Assembly: GCA_944364015.1 (NCBI GenBank)
Contig: CALVVX010000002.1
Coordinates: forward strand, 1-36,478
Direction of reading: 5' to 3'
Source of the DNA: an uncultured Bacilli bacterium
GTDB taxonomy: Bacteria; Bacillota_I; Bacilli_A; RF39; UBA660
DNA length: 36,478 bases
The notes under the pieces are model-generated. The model did no database searches. It saw only the letters and a program-made list of their open reading frames with translations, and was not told the DNA's origin. Each line of letters opens with the position of its first letter. Positions within the stretch are counted from its first letter, which is position 1. The position numbers and the translations under genes are program-made. This document shows, one piece after another, positions 1 to 9,045 of the stretch.

Positions 1-227
1 ATATTATAAAAATAAATATTATATAAATAATTAAGTTAATATAATACATATAATATATAATTTGTAATTAATAATAAATTAAATCATATTAATATTTTAT
101 ATATAATTATTATATACCTACTATATATAATTAGCTATATATATAATTAATAATAAATAATAATTAATTAAAATATATATTAATATAATTATATAAATAT
201 ATAAATAATAAAATAAAAAAATAAATT

Positions 228-266
228 AGTAAAACTCCCCTATTACACCAGTAGGGGAGTTTTACT
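228..266 (-). terminator. Rho-independent terminator of the 265..1044 gene
   Basis: Perfect 15-bp inverted repeat AGTAAAACTCCCCTA (228-242) / TAGGGGAGTTTTACT (252-266) with a 9-nt loop. It overlaps the TAG stop. On the minus strand it is followed by a T-rich tail (AATTTATTTTTTT). Confidence 0.85.
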
Positions 267-1044
267 AATCAATCTTTCTTGATTGAATTTCTGCAATTTT
301 ATCAAAAACTTCACCAGCATTTTTCTCATTTATTTCAGTATAACCTAATTCTTTTAAAGCTTGCACCTTAGCGGTATTTAACTCTTGAGTACGACTTAAT
401 TTTTCTTCTTTTTTACGTTCTAAATCAGCTTCCCAACGTTTATGAGATTCTGCTAATTTAATACGAGAAGCTCCTCCATTAGAATATAGAGTCATTGCTG
501 AATACAAAATACTTTCAAAAACATATTGATTATCTTCTTCAAATTCATATACATTTGGTTTGGTAAAACCAGAAGCTTTAGAAACATAACCTAAAATATA
601 TTTTAATTCTTTAGTACTACCCATTGACTGTAAAAAGTGATAAAGATAAGTAATTGTAACAAAAGAAGTTTTAGTCTTATCATCATTTAACATTTCTTTT
701 AAAATAAAAACAATATCACTAATTAACTCTTGTTCTTCTTTTTTTAAACCAGTTAATTCAATTAATTCATCTTTTTTAGCTATAACTTTTTTAGAACTAA
801 AAATTTTCTCATTAACACTTTTTATATAATCATTAGTTAACTCTTTATTATTTATCTCTTCAATAGAATTTATTGCTAATAAATCAAATAATAATTGACA
901 CTTCTCATTAGGAACATTAGACAAATCATCATTGTCTAAATAATTGTATACCATCTGACGAGAAACACCTAAATATTTAGCTAAATTTACTTTAGAAATA
1001 TTCGCTTTTTTTAAAATTAAATTAATTTTCTCTATAGTACTCAT
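265..1044 (-). CDS. Helix-turn-helix (XRE-like N-terminus) protein with an uncharacterised ~190-aa C-terminal region
   Basis: 259-aa ORF. The N-terminus KANISKVNLAKYLGVSRQMVYNYL looks like a Cro/C1-type HTH. RBS GGAGGA lies 9 nt upstream of the ATG. The C-terminal part is helical and charged with no recognisable motif. No TM segment. Confidence 0.6.
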   Translation of the reverse strand: MSTIEKINLILKKANISKVNLAKYLGVSRQMVYNYLDNDDLSNVPNEKCQLLFDLLAINSIEEINNKELTNDYIKSVNEKIFSSKKVIAKKDELIELTGLKKEEQELISDIVFILKEMLNDDKTKTSFVTITYLYHFLQSMGSTKELKYILGYVSKASGFTKPNVYEFEEDNQYVFESILYSAMTLYSNGGASRIKLAESHKRWEADLERKKEEKLSRTQELNTAKVQALKELGYTEINEKNAGEVFDKIAEIQSRKID

Positions 1045-1099
1045 ATACGTATCCTCCTACATATATTTTATCATTATCATATAAAATATGTCAAGTAAA

Positions 1100-2176
1100 T
1101 TATTCAAATACTTTATCGATAATCCCTCCACCTAAACATTTATCATTATCATATAAAACACAAAACTGTCCTGGAGTAACCGCTCTAGTTTTATCATAAA
1201 CAATATCAATAGTATTATTAGAAATATTTAATATTTGACAATTAACATCTTCTTGACGATATCTAAATTTAGCACTACATTTATCTAATTTCAAATCACT
1301 AAGAAAATTAAAATCACTAATAATAGCTCTAGTAGAAAATAAATATTTATTCTCATCTCCATTTGCAACATATAAAATATTATGTTCTAAATCCTTACTA
1401 ACAACATAACTACGACTATGATCTCCTCCTAAATTAAGACCTCTTCTTTGTCCAATAGTATAATACATAAGACCAATATGTCTACCTACTTTTTGTTTGG
1501 TATTAATATTAATAATATCCCCCTCTTGATTAGGTAAATAATTAGATAAAAACTTTCTAAAATTTCTCTCTCCAATAAAACAAATACCAGTAGAATCCTT
1601 TTTACTAGCAGTATCTAAATTTAATTTTTTAGCAATTTTTCTTACCTCTGGTTTTGTCATATTAGCAAGAGGAAAAATAACTTTTTTAAATATATCTTTA
1701 TTTACATAAGCTAAAAAATAAGATTGATCTTTATTTTTATCTAAAGCTTTATATAAATTACCATCAACTATTTTTGCATAATGACCAGTAGCAACAAAAT
1801 CTGCTCCTAATTCCATAGCTTTTTTAACAAATAAATCAAACTTAATATATTTATTACACATAACATCAGGATTAGGAGTCCTTCCCTTTTTTAATTCCTC
1901 TAAAAAGTAAGTAAAAACATTATCCCAATATTCTTTAACAAAATCAATACGATAAAGTTTAATACCTAATTTATCACATACTCCCTTTGCATCATTATAA
2001 TCCTGTTCTTGAGGACAAATATTAACATTTAAATTAGGATTACCATTAATATCATTATTAATAGAACTATCCCAATTACGCATAAATAATCCAATAACTT
2101 CATAACCTTTCTCTTTTAGTAAATAAGCAGAAACAGAAGAGTCCACTCCCCCACTCATTCCAACTACAACTTTCAT
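1100..2176 (-). CDS. mnmA: tRNA-specific 2-thiouridylase MnmA
   Basis: 358 aa. PP-loop VVVGMSGGVDSSV at the N-terminus, then GLFMRNWD, GRTPNPDVMCN and SKKDSTGICFIGE motifs typical of MnmA/TrmU. Confidence 0.93.
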   Translation of the reverse strand: MKVVVGMSGGVDSSVSAYLLKEKGYEVIGLFMRNWDSSINNDINGNPNLNVNICPQEQDYNDAKGVCDKLGIKLYRIDFVKEYWDNVFTYFLEELKKGRTPNPDVMCNKYIKFDLFVKKAMELGADFVATGHYAKIVDGNLYKALDKNKDQSYFLAYVNKDIFKKVIFPLANMTKPEVRKIAKKLNLDTASKKDSTGICFIGERNFRKFLSNYLPNQEGDIININTKQKVGRHIGLMYYTIGQRRGLNLGGDHSRSYVVSKDLEHNILYVANGDENKYLFSTRAIISDFNFLSDLKLDKCSAKFRYRQEDVNCQILNISNNTIDIVYDKTRAVTPGQFCVLYDNDKCLGGGIIDKVFE

Positions 2177-2222
2177 AATTGATCACCAAAAATATTCTAT
2201 CATAAAAATAACTTTTTTACAA

Positions 2223-2846
2223 TTAAGTATAAATATTAATAAACAACTTAAAAATATTAGAAAATAAATATCCATCATAAAAAGAAGAAATAGTAATTCC
2301 TATAATAGAAAACAAAAAAATAATCATATATTTTTTTAAAACATTATTAGATTTATTATTTTTATTAGTAATTAATTTAATTAAATAAATAGAAAAAATA
2401 ATACTATAAATTCCCATAGTTATAATAATAATAAGATTAATTATTTGACTAGGAAACACATATAAAAACGCAAGTAAAAGACCTTTAATACCTAAACTAG
2501 CAATAATAGAAGAAACAGTAAAACCTACTAAAAAAGCTTTAATATATATAATAAAAACATTAATAAATAAACCAATAATACTCATACCAAAAACAAATAT
2601 AAAACTAACTAAAATAATATTAGTAATTAAACTATTTTTAAAAGCTAGTCCACTATCAAAAGAAGAATTAACAGAAGAAATAAAATTATTAATAATTTCA
2701 ATTATCTTATTCTTATCATTATCACTAATAAAAGTAAAAAAAATCGATCCAGTAATTATTCCAATTACAACAATACTAATTACAAACAAATTAATTTTCT
2801 TATTAGGAAGAACTATATCCATTACTCTATTTATTTTTCTATTCAT
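2223..2846 (-). CDS. spoIIM: Stage II sporulation protein M (SpoIIM family) membrane protein
   Basis: 207 aa, polytopic. The block IKAFLVGFTVSSIIASLGIKGLLLAFLYVFPSQIINLIIIITMG aligns closely with the conserved core of B. subtilis SpoIIM (LKGIVVGFTVGFLV..GFLLAFVSVLPQNLLLIPAYIIMG). RBS AGGTGA. Confidence 0.78.
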   Translation of the reverse strand: MNRKINRVMDIVLPNKKINLFVISIVVIGIITGSIFFTFISDNDKNKIIEIINNFISSVNSSFDSGLAFKNSLITNIILVSFIFVFGMSIIGLFINVFIIYIKAFLVGFTVSSIIASLGIKGLLLAFLYVFPSQIINLIIIITMGIYSIIFSIYLIKLITNKNNKSNNVLKKYMIIFLFSIIGITISSFYDGYLFSNIFKLFINIYT

Positions 2847-2877
2847 TATCTCACCTGATAAATTATATTAAAAATAC

Positions 2878-2906
2878 TTGAATTTATTACTATTTTTTTG
2901 TATAAT
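2878..2906 (+). promoter_or_regulatory. Putative sigma-A type promoter for the small + strand ORF
   Basis: TTGAAT (2878-2883), a 17-nt spacer, then TATAAT (2901-2906) with TG immediately upstream. It lies 18 nt before the GAGGTG RBS of the 2924 ORF. Confidence 0.5.
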
Positions 2907-2923
2907 TATAACGAGGTGTAGAA

Positions 2924-3055
2924 ATGGAAAACAAAAATAACAATAAGAAAAAAAGAAAAAAAAGCAAAACCAATCTAGGAGTAAGAATTCTTGCAATTAT
3001 CATGGCTTTACTTATGTTATTATCAACTTTATCAGGAGTATTAGCATATTTTTAA
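2924..3055 (+). CDS. Small basic tail-anchored membrane protein (43 aa), below the ORF-track threshold
   Basis: ATG preceded by GAGGTG at 5-nt spacing. Translation is MENKNNNKKKRKKSKTNLGVRILAIIMALLMLLSTLSGVLAYF: a Lys-rich N-terminus plus a single TM. It has its own promoter-like element and is followed directly by a hairpin. The architecture resembles small DUF4044-like peptides of Firmicutes; I recall that family from memory and have not verified it. Confidence 0.6.
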   Translation: MENKNNNKKKRKKSKTNLGVRILAIIMALLMLLSTLSGVLAYF

Positions 3056-3076
3056 AACAAGCATCTGCTTGTTTTT
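3054..3076. terminator. Bidirectional hairpin between convergent genes
   Basis: AAAACAAGCA tc TGCTTGTTTT palindrome, with A-run and T-run arms. It overlaps the stop codons of both the + ORF (3053-3055) and the - ORF (3075-3077). Confidence 0.6.
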
Positions 3077-3827
3077 ATAATAATAAATATAAAACTACTA
3101 AAGAAACTGCAATTGATATGACCCCTAATAAATAATAAGAAATATAACCAGCTTGATGAGCTTGTTTTTTTATAGGAATATTATTATCATCTATTTCTAC
3201 TTCATTTAATACTAAACTACTATCAACTTCTATCTTATCATCTATCTTATTATCAATAGTTTTTTCTGCTTCACGACCAACAACAAAATTAATTCCTGAA
3301 GAATTTATTTTATCTAAATTATCATGATTAGACTGTTCCATAATCATATCCATAATTGATTTATATTCACATCTATTTTGATATTTATTAACAAACCAAT
3401 TCATAAAAGCAATATATTTATTATTATTAATCATAATAATATTACTCTCAACTTTTATATTATTACTAGATAATGCTATATAAGAACAATTAATTACATT
3501 ACCAATTGCTTTATCTAAAGAAGCAAACAATCTCTCATCAGGATTAGTATTTAGAGTATTTAAAAAATTACTATTAATAAGAGGTATAATCAAACTAATA
3601 TTATAATTATCTATTTTAGAATATATATTATTTAACTTATTTACTAAACTATTAATATTACTAGTATTAAAAACTAAATCTAGAGTATCATCACGAAGTT
3701 CAATAGTAATATTACTAGAATTAAACTTTTTATGAGGAACTGCCATATAAAAAGATGCAGTAGAATCAGTAAAATAATATATATTATGATTTTCTAAAGA
3801 TATAACTAATGTTTTTTCCAATTTCAT
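3075..3827 (-). CDS. Hypothetical protein, C-terminally membrane-anchored
   Basis: 250-aa ORF with no recognisable family motifs. Single C-terminal hydrophobic helix YISYYLLGVISIAVSLVVLYLLL. Asn/Ile-rich soluble N-terminal domain. Confidence 0.55.
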   Translation of the reverse strand: MKLEKTLVISLENHNIYYFTDSTASFYMAVPHKKFNSSNITIELRDDTLDLVFNTSNINSLVNKLNNIYSKIDNYNISLIIPLINSNFLNTLNTNPDERLFASLDKAIGNVINCSYIALSSNNIKVESNIIMINNNKYIAFMNWFVNKYQNRCEYKSIMDMIMEQSNHDNLDKINSSGINFVVGREAEKTIDNKIDDKIEVDSSLVLNEVEIDDNNIPIKKQAHQAGYISYYLLGVISIAVSLVVLYLLL

Positions 3828-3896
3828 CGACCCTTTCTCTATCTTTAGATAATTATATCAAAAAAAGAATAAAAAGTCATTAAAAAAATGAAAAAT

Positions 3897-4643
3897 TTAA
3901 AATAAAGTAACATAACAAATGACAAATAACAAACCAAATATAAAGAAAACTTTAACTACTCTATCTTCTTTATAAGATTTTGCACTTTTAAGTAACTCAC
4001 AAAATGCAATTTGTAACATAATACCCATAATTAATAGAAATAAAAATCCTAATATTTTACTAGTAATAAAATCTTTTAAAAATAAATAAGTAATTAAAGC
4101 TCCAAAAGGTTCTGATAATGCAGATATTAAAGTATATTTAAAAGCAAGAAACTTTCTTTTAGTAGCATAATAAATGGGAATAGAAATAGCAATACCTTCT
4201 GGTATGTTATGCATAGCAATAGCAAAAGTTAAAGAAATGCCTAAATTAACATCACTACTTGTAGCAATAAAAGTAGCAATACCTTCAGGTATATTATGCA
4301 TAACAATAGCAATAACACTAAGTAAACCTACTCTATATAATTTATTATTAATCTCATGCGGAAAATAATAACCAATTAAACTAGAAAAAATTATACCAAG
4401 AAAAATAAATAAAAAACAAATAAAACAAAGAAATAAACCATGATAAGAATTTGAAAGCAAATTAAAAGCTTCAAAAGAAATATCACATACAGAAATTCCA
4501 ATCATAACTGCAGAAGCAAAAGATAATGAAGCTGCAATAATTTTATTTTTATTATTAGATTTAACAAAAACAATAAAAGCTCCAATCATAGTAGATGCTC
4601 CTGCTATTAAAGTTAATAAAAAAGCAAAAGAAGTATTATTCAA
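3897..4643 (-). CDS. zupT: ZIP-family zinc transporter ZupT
   Basis: 248 aa, about 8 TM. Duplicated HNIPEGIA motif (MHNIPEGIATF and MHNIPEGIAISIP) is diagnostic of ZIP/ZupT. TTG start behind AGGTGA. Confidence 0.88.
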   Translation of the reverse strand: MNNTSFAFLLTLIAGASTMIGAFIVFVKSNNKNKIIAASLSFASAVMIGISVCDISFEAFNLLSNSYHGLFLCFICFLFIFLGIIFSSLIGYYFPHEINNKLYRVGLLSVIAIVMHNIPEGIATFIATSSDVNLGISLTFAIAMHNIPEGIAISIPIYYATKRKFLAFKYTLISALSEPFGALITYLFLKDFITSKILGFLFLLIMGIMLQIAFCELLKSAKSYKEDRVVKVFFIFGLLFVICYVTLF

Positions 4644-4685
4644 AATATCACCTAATAATTTATATACAATTTAATTAAAAATATT

Positions 4686-4708
4686 AAAAAAAAGCAAGAA
4701 AACTTGCT
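4686..4708 (-). terminator. Rho-independent terminator after the ABC exporter pair
   Basis: On the minus strand: AGCAAG-TTTT-CTTGCT followed by T8. The stem overlaps the TAG stop at 4707-4709. Confidence 0.6.
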
Positions 4709-6911
4709 ATAATTCAAATTGAGAATTATATAAAGAAGCATAAAAACCATTTTTCTTCATCAATTCTTCATGATTACCTTGTTCTATTATATTACCATCT
4801 TTCATTACTAAAATTAAATCTGCATTACGAATAGTAGATAATCTATGTGCAATAATAAATGATGTTTTACCTTCAGTTAGTTTATCCATTGCTTCTTGAA
4901 CTAATTCTTCAGTTCTAGTATCAACATTAGAAGTAGCTTCATCTAATATCAAAAATGGAGAATCTTCAATCATACCACGAGCTATAGTAAGTAATTGTTT
5001 TTGTCCCGCAGAAATTGATTCATTATCAGATAAAATAGAATTATAACCATTAGGTAATGTTTTAATAAAATGATCAAGTCCTACTGTTTTACATACTTCT
5101 TCTACTTTTTTATTAGAAATATTTTTACGATTATATATTATATTTTCTTTAATAGTACCATCAAATAACCAAGTATCTTGTAATACCATAGTAAATAATT
5201 CATGAACGTTTTCTCGAGTCAAATCTTTAGTAGAAATTCCATCTATCTTAATGTCTCCCCCACTAATTTCATAAAATTTCATAAGTAAATTAACCATAGT
5301 GGTTTTACCTGCTCCAGTAGGACCTACAATTGCAATTTTCTCTCCCGCAGCGGCTTTAGCACTAAAATTATTAATCGTAGGCTTTTCATTTCCATCATAA
5401 GTAAAACTTACATTTTCAAATACAATATCTCCTTTTACTTTATTTTTATCTAATTTCAAAGTAATGTCTTCTTGATTATCCATCTCTTGAGCATCAACAA
5501 ATTCAAATACTCTCTCTCCTGCAGCAACAGTAGATTGAATACTTGTCATAGCTTGTGCTATTTGTGATAATGGAGAAGTAAATAATCTAACATAAGTAAT
5601 AAATGCAATAATAACACCAAATGATATATGACCATTAATAGTAAGTAAAGCACCTACTATACATACCATAACATAACCAAAATTACCCACAAATGACATC
5701 ATTGGCATCATTAAACTAGATAAAAATTGACTCATAAAATTTGCTTTATACATTTTATTATTTAAAAGATCAAACTTCTGATCAGAAATATCTTTACCAT
5801 TATAAGCTTTTACTACATTAAGACCAGAATAAATTTCTTCAATATGAGCATTCAAATTACCAAGTTGTTTTTGTCTTTGAATAAAATATTTTTGTGATTT
5901 ACTTAAAATAATAAACATAAATATAAAACCTAATAAACTAGAAACAATCGCTGTAATAGCCATAACAAAATTAGTAATAAACATCATTAAAATAGTACCC
6001 ACTAATAAAGTAATTGCACTAACTAAAGTAGATAGAGAATTATTAAGAGATTGAGCAACCAAATCTACATCATTAGTAACTCTTGATAAAATATCTCCAA
6101 TAGGATTTTTATCAAAAAACTTAAGTGGTAATTTATTTATTTTACTAGATATACTAGCTCTTAACTTTTTAGCAAAATTATTTGCAACATCAGTCATACA
6201 AATAGCTTCAATATAATTAAATAAAGCACTAATTAAATATAAAACTAATAATAATATAGAAATATTTTTAACCACAGATAAATCCATCTTTGCTTCAACT
6301 ACATCTTTAATACTATTAGGCATCTTATCAATACTAGCATATAAACTATTAACATCACTACTATCAAGATTAAAAACTATACTAGCAAATTTAGCTTGAT
6401 CAGAAACACTAATAACACTATCATCTATAACAAACTCACTAAATAATAAATTAGCTAAATTATTAGAAAAATTATAATTAACAATTAAATCAATCTTTTC
6501 TTCTTTAGTTAAATTTATACCATTATAAGTACTATCAGTAACAATTTTTTCTAATATATCATTATCAATAGAAGATAAATTACTAATATCAATTTGTTTT
6601 ACTTGTTCTAATTCTTCTAAAGATAAATTACTAAAATCAAAAGCTAAAATATCTTTAATTTTCTCATCATTAATATTAGAAGAAATATTAGTAGATATTT
6701 GCTCTAAATTATCTTTATTAACAACTAATCCATCTGATATAGTATCAGTTAAATCAGATAAAATATTTGGTGTAAAAATAGCAATAATAGAACCAACTGC
6801 CGCTAAGAAAAGGGACAAAATGACTAAAACTTTAAAAGAATTTAATTCTTTTATTAATCTAATTAATGAATTTTTAAACTCTTTAGGTCTATCAAAACTT
6901 TTAGTTTTCAT
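4707..6911 (-). CDS. ABC exporter permease/ATPase fusion, consensus-site subunit of a heterodimer, with an enlarged first extracytoplasmic loop
   Basis: 734 aa. Walker A GPTGAGKTT and Walker B FLILDEATSNVD with the catalytic Glu present. The signature is degenerate (ISAGQKQL rather than LSGGQ). About 160 aa (approx. aa 50-212) lie between TM1 and TM2. The start overlaps the upstream partner by 11 nt. Confidence 0.9.
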   Translation of the reverse strand: MKTKSFDRPKEFKNSLIRLIKELNSFKVLVILSLFLAAVGSIIAIFTPNILSDLTDTISDGLVVNKDNLEQISTNISSNINDEKIKDILAFDFSNLSLEELEQVKQIDISNLSSIDNDILEKIVTDSTYNGINLTKEEKIDLIVNYNFSNNLANLLFSEFVIDDSVISVSDQAKFASIVFNLDSSDVNSLYASIDKMPNSIKDVVEAKMDLSVVKNISILLLVLYLISALFNYIEAICMTDVANNFAKKLRASISSKINKLPLKFFDKNPIGDILSRVTNDVDLVAQSLNNSLSTLVSAITLLVGTILMMFITNFVMAITAIVSSLLGFIFMFIILSKSQKYFIQRQKQLGNLNAHIEEIYSGLNVVKAYNGKDISDQKFDLLNNKMYKANFMSQFLSSLMMPMMSFVGNFGYVMVCIVGALLTINGHISFGVIIAFITYVRLFTSPLSQIAQAMTSIQSTVAAGERVFEFVDAQEMDNQEDITLKLDKNKVKGDIVFENVSFTYDGNEKPTINNFSAKAAAGEKIAIVGPTGAGKTTMVNLLMKFYEISGGDIKIDGISTKDLTRENVHELFTMVLQDTWLFDGTIKENIIYNRKNISNKKVEEVCKTVGLDHFIKTLPNGYNSILSDNESISAGQKQLLTIARGMIEDSPFLILDEATSNVDTRTEELVQEAMDKLTEGKTSFIIAHRLSTIRNADLILVMKDGNIIEQGNHEELMKKNGFYASLYNSQFEL

Positions 6912-8661
6912 TATTTAACTCCTCCTCTGATAATTGAGATAAAGCAATTTGTTTATAAATTGGACAAGATTTTAATAATTGTTTATGTGTCCCCTTACCT
7001 ACACATTTACCACTATCAAGAACTAAAATTAAATCAGCATTCATAATAGTACCAATTCTTTGAGCTACTATTAAAACAGTAGCATCTTTAGTATGTTTTT
7101 TTAATTCTTTTCTAAGTGTAGCATCAGTTTTATAATCTAAAGCAGAAAAACTATCATCAAAAATATATATTTCAGGGTCTCTTGCAATAGCACGTGCAAT
7201 AGAAATTCTTTGTTTTTGACCACCACTTACATTAGTACCACCTTGAGCAAGATGAGTATCATATTTTTTATCCATCTTCTCAACAAACTCTTTTGCTTGT
7301 GCTACTTCAATAGCTTTTTTAATATTTTCTTTAGTAATTTTCTTACCATTATTACCAAAAGCTACATTTTCACTAACACTGCCACTAAAAATAACAGCTT
7401 TTTGAGAAACATAACCAAGTTTATTATATAAAGATTCTAATTTATAATTTTTAACATTAATATTATCTACAAATACTTCACCTTCAGTAGCATCATAAAA
7501 TCTAGGTACTAAATTAATTAAAGTAGACTTTCCACTACCAGTAGAACCTATAAATGCAACAGTATCTCCTTTTTTTGCCTTAAAAGATATATTTTCTAAT
7601 ACATACTCTTCAGCATCAGGATACTTAAACGAAACATTTCTAAACTCAACAGTACCTACTTCTGAAGTATTACCATCAAAATTACCATCTTCTAATATAA
7701 CTTTAGTATCCAAAACTTCATTAATACGAGAAGCAGAAACTTGAGCACGTGGAAGTATCATAAATATCATCGCAAGCATTAAAAATGACATAATAACTTG
7801 CATTGCATAACTTGAAAATACTACCATATCTCCAAATAAAGCAATCTTATCACTCATAAGAGCATTATCTATTAAACTAGCCCCAATAAAATATATACCC
7901 AAAGTTAAACAGTGCATAACCAAATACATAATTGGAGAAAATATAGCAAAAGTCTTTTGATTAAATAATTGTTGATTAGTTAATTTAGTATTAACATCAT
8001 TAAATTTATCTTCTTGATAAGCTTCTGCATTAAATGCTCTAACTACCCTAATACCAGTTAAGTTTTCTCTAGTAACACCATTTAACTTATCAGTAAGTTT
8101 TTGAACAATTTTAAATTTAGGCATAACTATAATAATTAAAGCCCCAATTACACTAAGTAAAATAACAACCGCTACTGCAGTTAAACTACTCCAAACTAAA
8201 TTCTTATTTAAAATCTTTGTTACAGCCCAAATTGCAGTAATTGGAGCCTTAATAAGTAAATGAAAACCCATTCCAATTAACATCTCAATTTGTGTAACAT
8301 CATTAGTAGTCCTAGTAATTAAACTATTAGTAGAAAATAACTTAATCTCATTTAAAGATAAACTTTCTACTTTATCAAATATTTTCTTTCTAATCTTACG
8401 TGAAAATCCCGCGGATAATTTAGCCATAAAATAAGAAACAATAATAGCAAACACTAAACTACCAAAAGCACATAATATCATATAAATACCATTAATAATA
8501 ATATCTTCCATCTTACTACCTTCAGTTTGAACTAAAGTAGTAATTTCTGCCATATAATCTGGCATCTTTAATTCAAGCCAAACTTGTAAGAAAATAAATA
8601 TAAAACTAATAATAATTAAAAACCATTCTCTTTTTCCAAAATTTTTAATAATCTTAAGCAT
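6901..8661 (-). CDS. ABC exporter permease/ATPase fusion, degenerate-site subunit of a heterodimer
   Basis: 586 aa. Walker A GSTGSGKST and signature VSGGQKQR. Walker B is IYIFDDSFSALD, with Asp replacing the catalytic Glu, as in LmrC/TM287/EfrC-type subunits. RBS AGGAGG. Confidence 0.9.
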   Translation of the reverse strand: MLKIIKNFGKREWFLIIISFIFIFLQVWLELKMPDYMAEITTLVQTEGSKMEDIIINGIYMILCAFGSLVFAIIVSYFMAKLSAGFSRKIRKKIFDKVESLSLNEIKLFSTNSLITRTTNDVTQIEMLIGMGFHLLIKAPITAIWAVTKILNKNLVWSSLTAVAVVILLSVIGALIIIVMPKFKIVQKLTDKLNGVTRENLTGIRVVRAFNAEAYQEDKFNDVNTKLTNQQLFNQKTFAIFSPIMYLVMHCLTLGIYFIGASLIDNALMSDKIALFGDMVVFSSYAMQVIMSFLMLAMIFMILPRAQVSASRINEVLDTKVILEDGNFDGNTSEVGTVEFRNVSFKYPDAEEYVLENISFKAKKGDTVAFIGSTGSGKSTLINLVPRFYDATEGEVFVDNINVKNYKLESLYNKLGYVSQKAVIFSGSVSENVAFGNNGKKITKENIKKAIEVAQAKEFVEKMDKKYDTHLAQGGTNVSGGQKQRISIARAIARDPEIYIFDDSFSALDYKTDATLRKELKKHTKDATVLIVAQRIGTIMNADLILVLDSGKCVGKGTHKQLLKSCPIYKQIALSQLSEEELNNEN

Positions 8662-8727
8662 AATAACCTCCTTAACCTACCTAACAATAATATAATAAAT
8701 AAAATTCAAAGTCAAGTAAATAATAAT

Positions 8728-8886
8728 ACTATTTCCTTGGCGCAAACATAATTGCTCCCAGTAGAAATAGTATTACTACAATCATTATTAAAATTAAAAT
8801 TGTAAAATTATTTGAATTAATAAGTGAGGAAATTTTTAAAAATAAATTATCCCTACTACTTAAAAACATAATAGCATTATTCATCA
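8728..8886 (-). CDS. Small membrane protein (52 aa) upstream of the ABC exporter genes, below the ORF-track threshold
   Basis: AAAGGAAG RBS 5-7 nt before ATGATG. Translation is MMNNAIMFLSSRDNLFLKISSLINSNNFTILILIMIVVILFLLGAIMFAPRK, with one C-terminal TM. There is no terminator between it and the 8661 start. Confidence 0.45.
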
Positions 8887-9045
8887 TATTACTTCCTTTC
8901 ATCGTGTTAGCTATATATTAAAATAAGTCAAAAAACAATTATTTTGGGGGAAAAAATAACTAGTCATTCAACTAGTATTTTAATACAAATCAATTATAAC
9001 AAATTATAACTAAATTATCAATATAAATTCCAAAAATTGACAAAA

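Noticed and set aside
1-227. Possibility that the A+T desert is a replication origin
   Set aside because: No DnaA-box-like 9-mers (TTATCCACA or one-off variants) are visible, and neither dnaA nor dnaN is adjacent. It is kept only as a compositional oddity.
4174-4368. 64-aa + strand ORF inside zupT
   Set aside because: Antisense shadow of the duplicated HNIPEGIA region, which is why it contains its own internal repeat (IAIPSG.LCI). No RBS. zupT is clearly the real gene.
7210-7431. 73-aa + strand ORF inside the 586-aa ABC gene
   Set aside because: Antisense to the conserved signature/Walker B region of a bona fide ABC ATPase. Low-complexity translation and no RBS.
9036-9041. Consensus TTGACA on the + strand upstream of 9046
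   Set aside because: There is no + strand gene downstream, only the minus-strand 9046-9618 CDS, and no matching -10 at the proper spacing. This is a chance hexamer.
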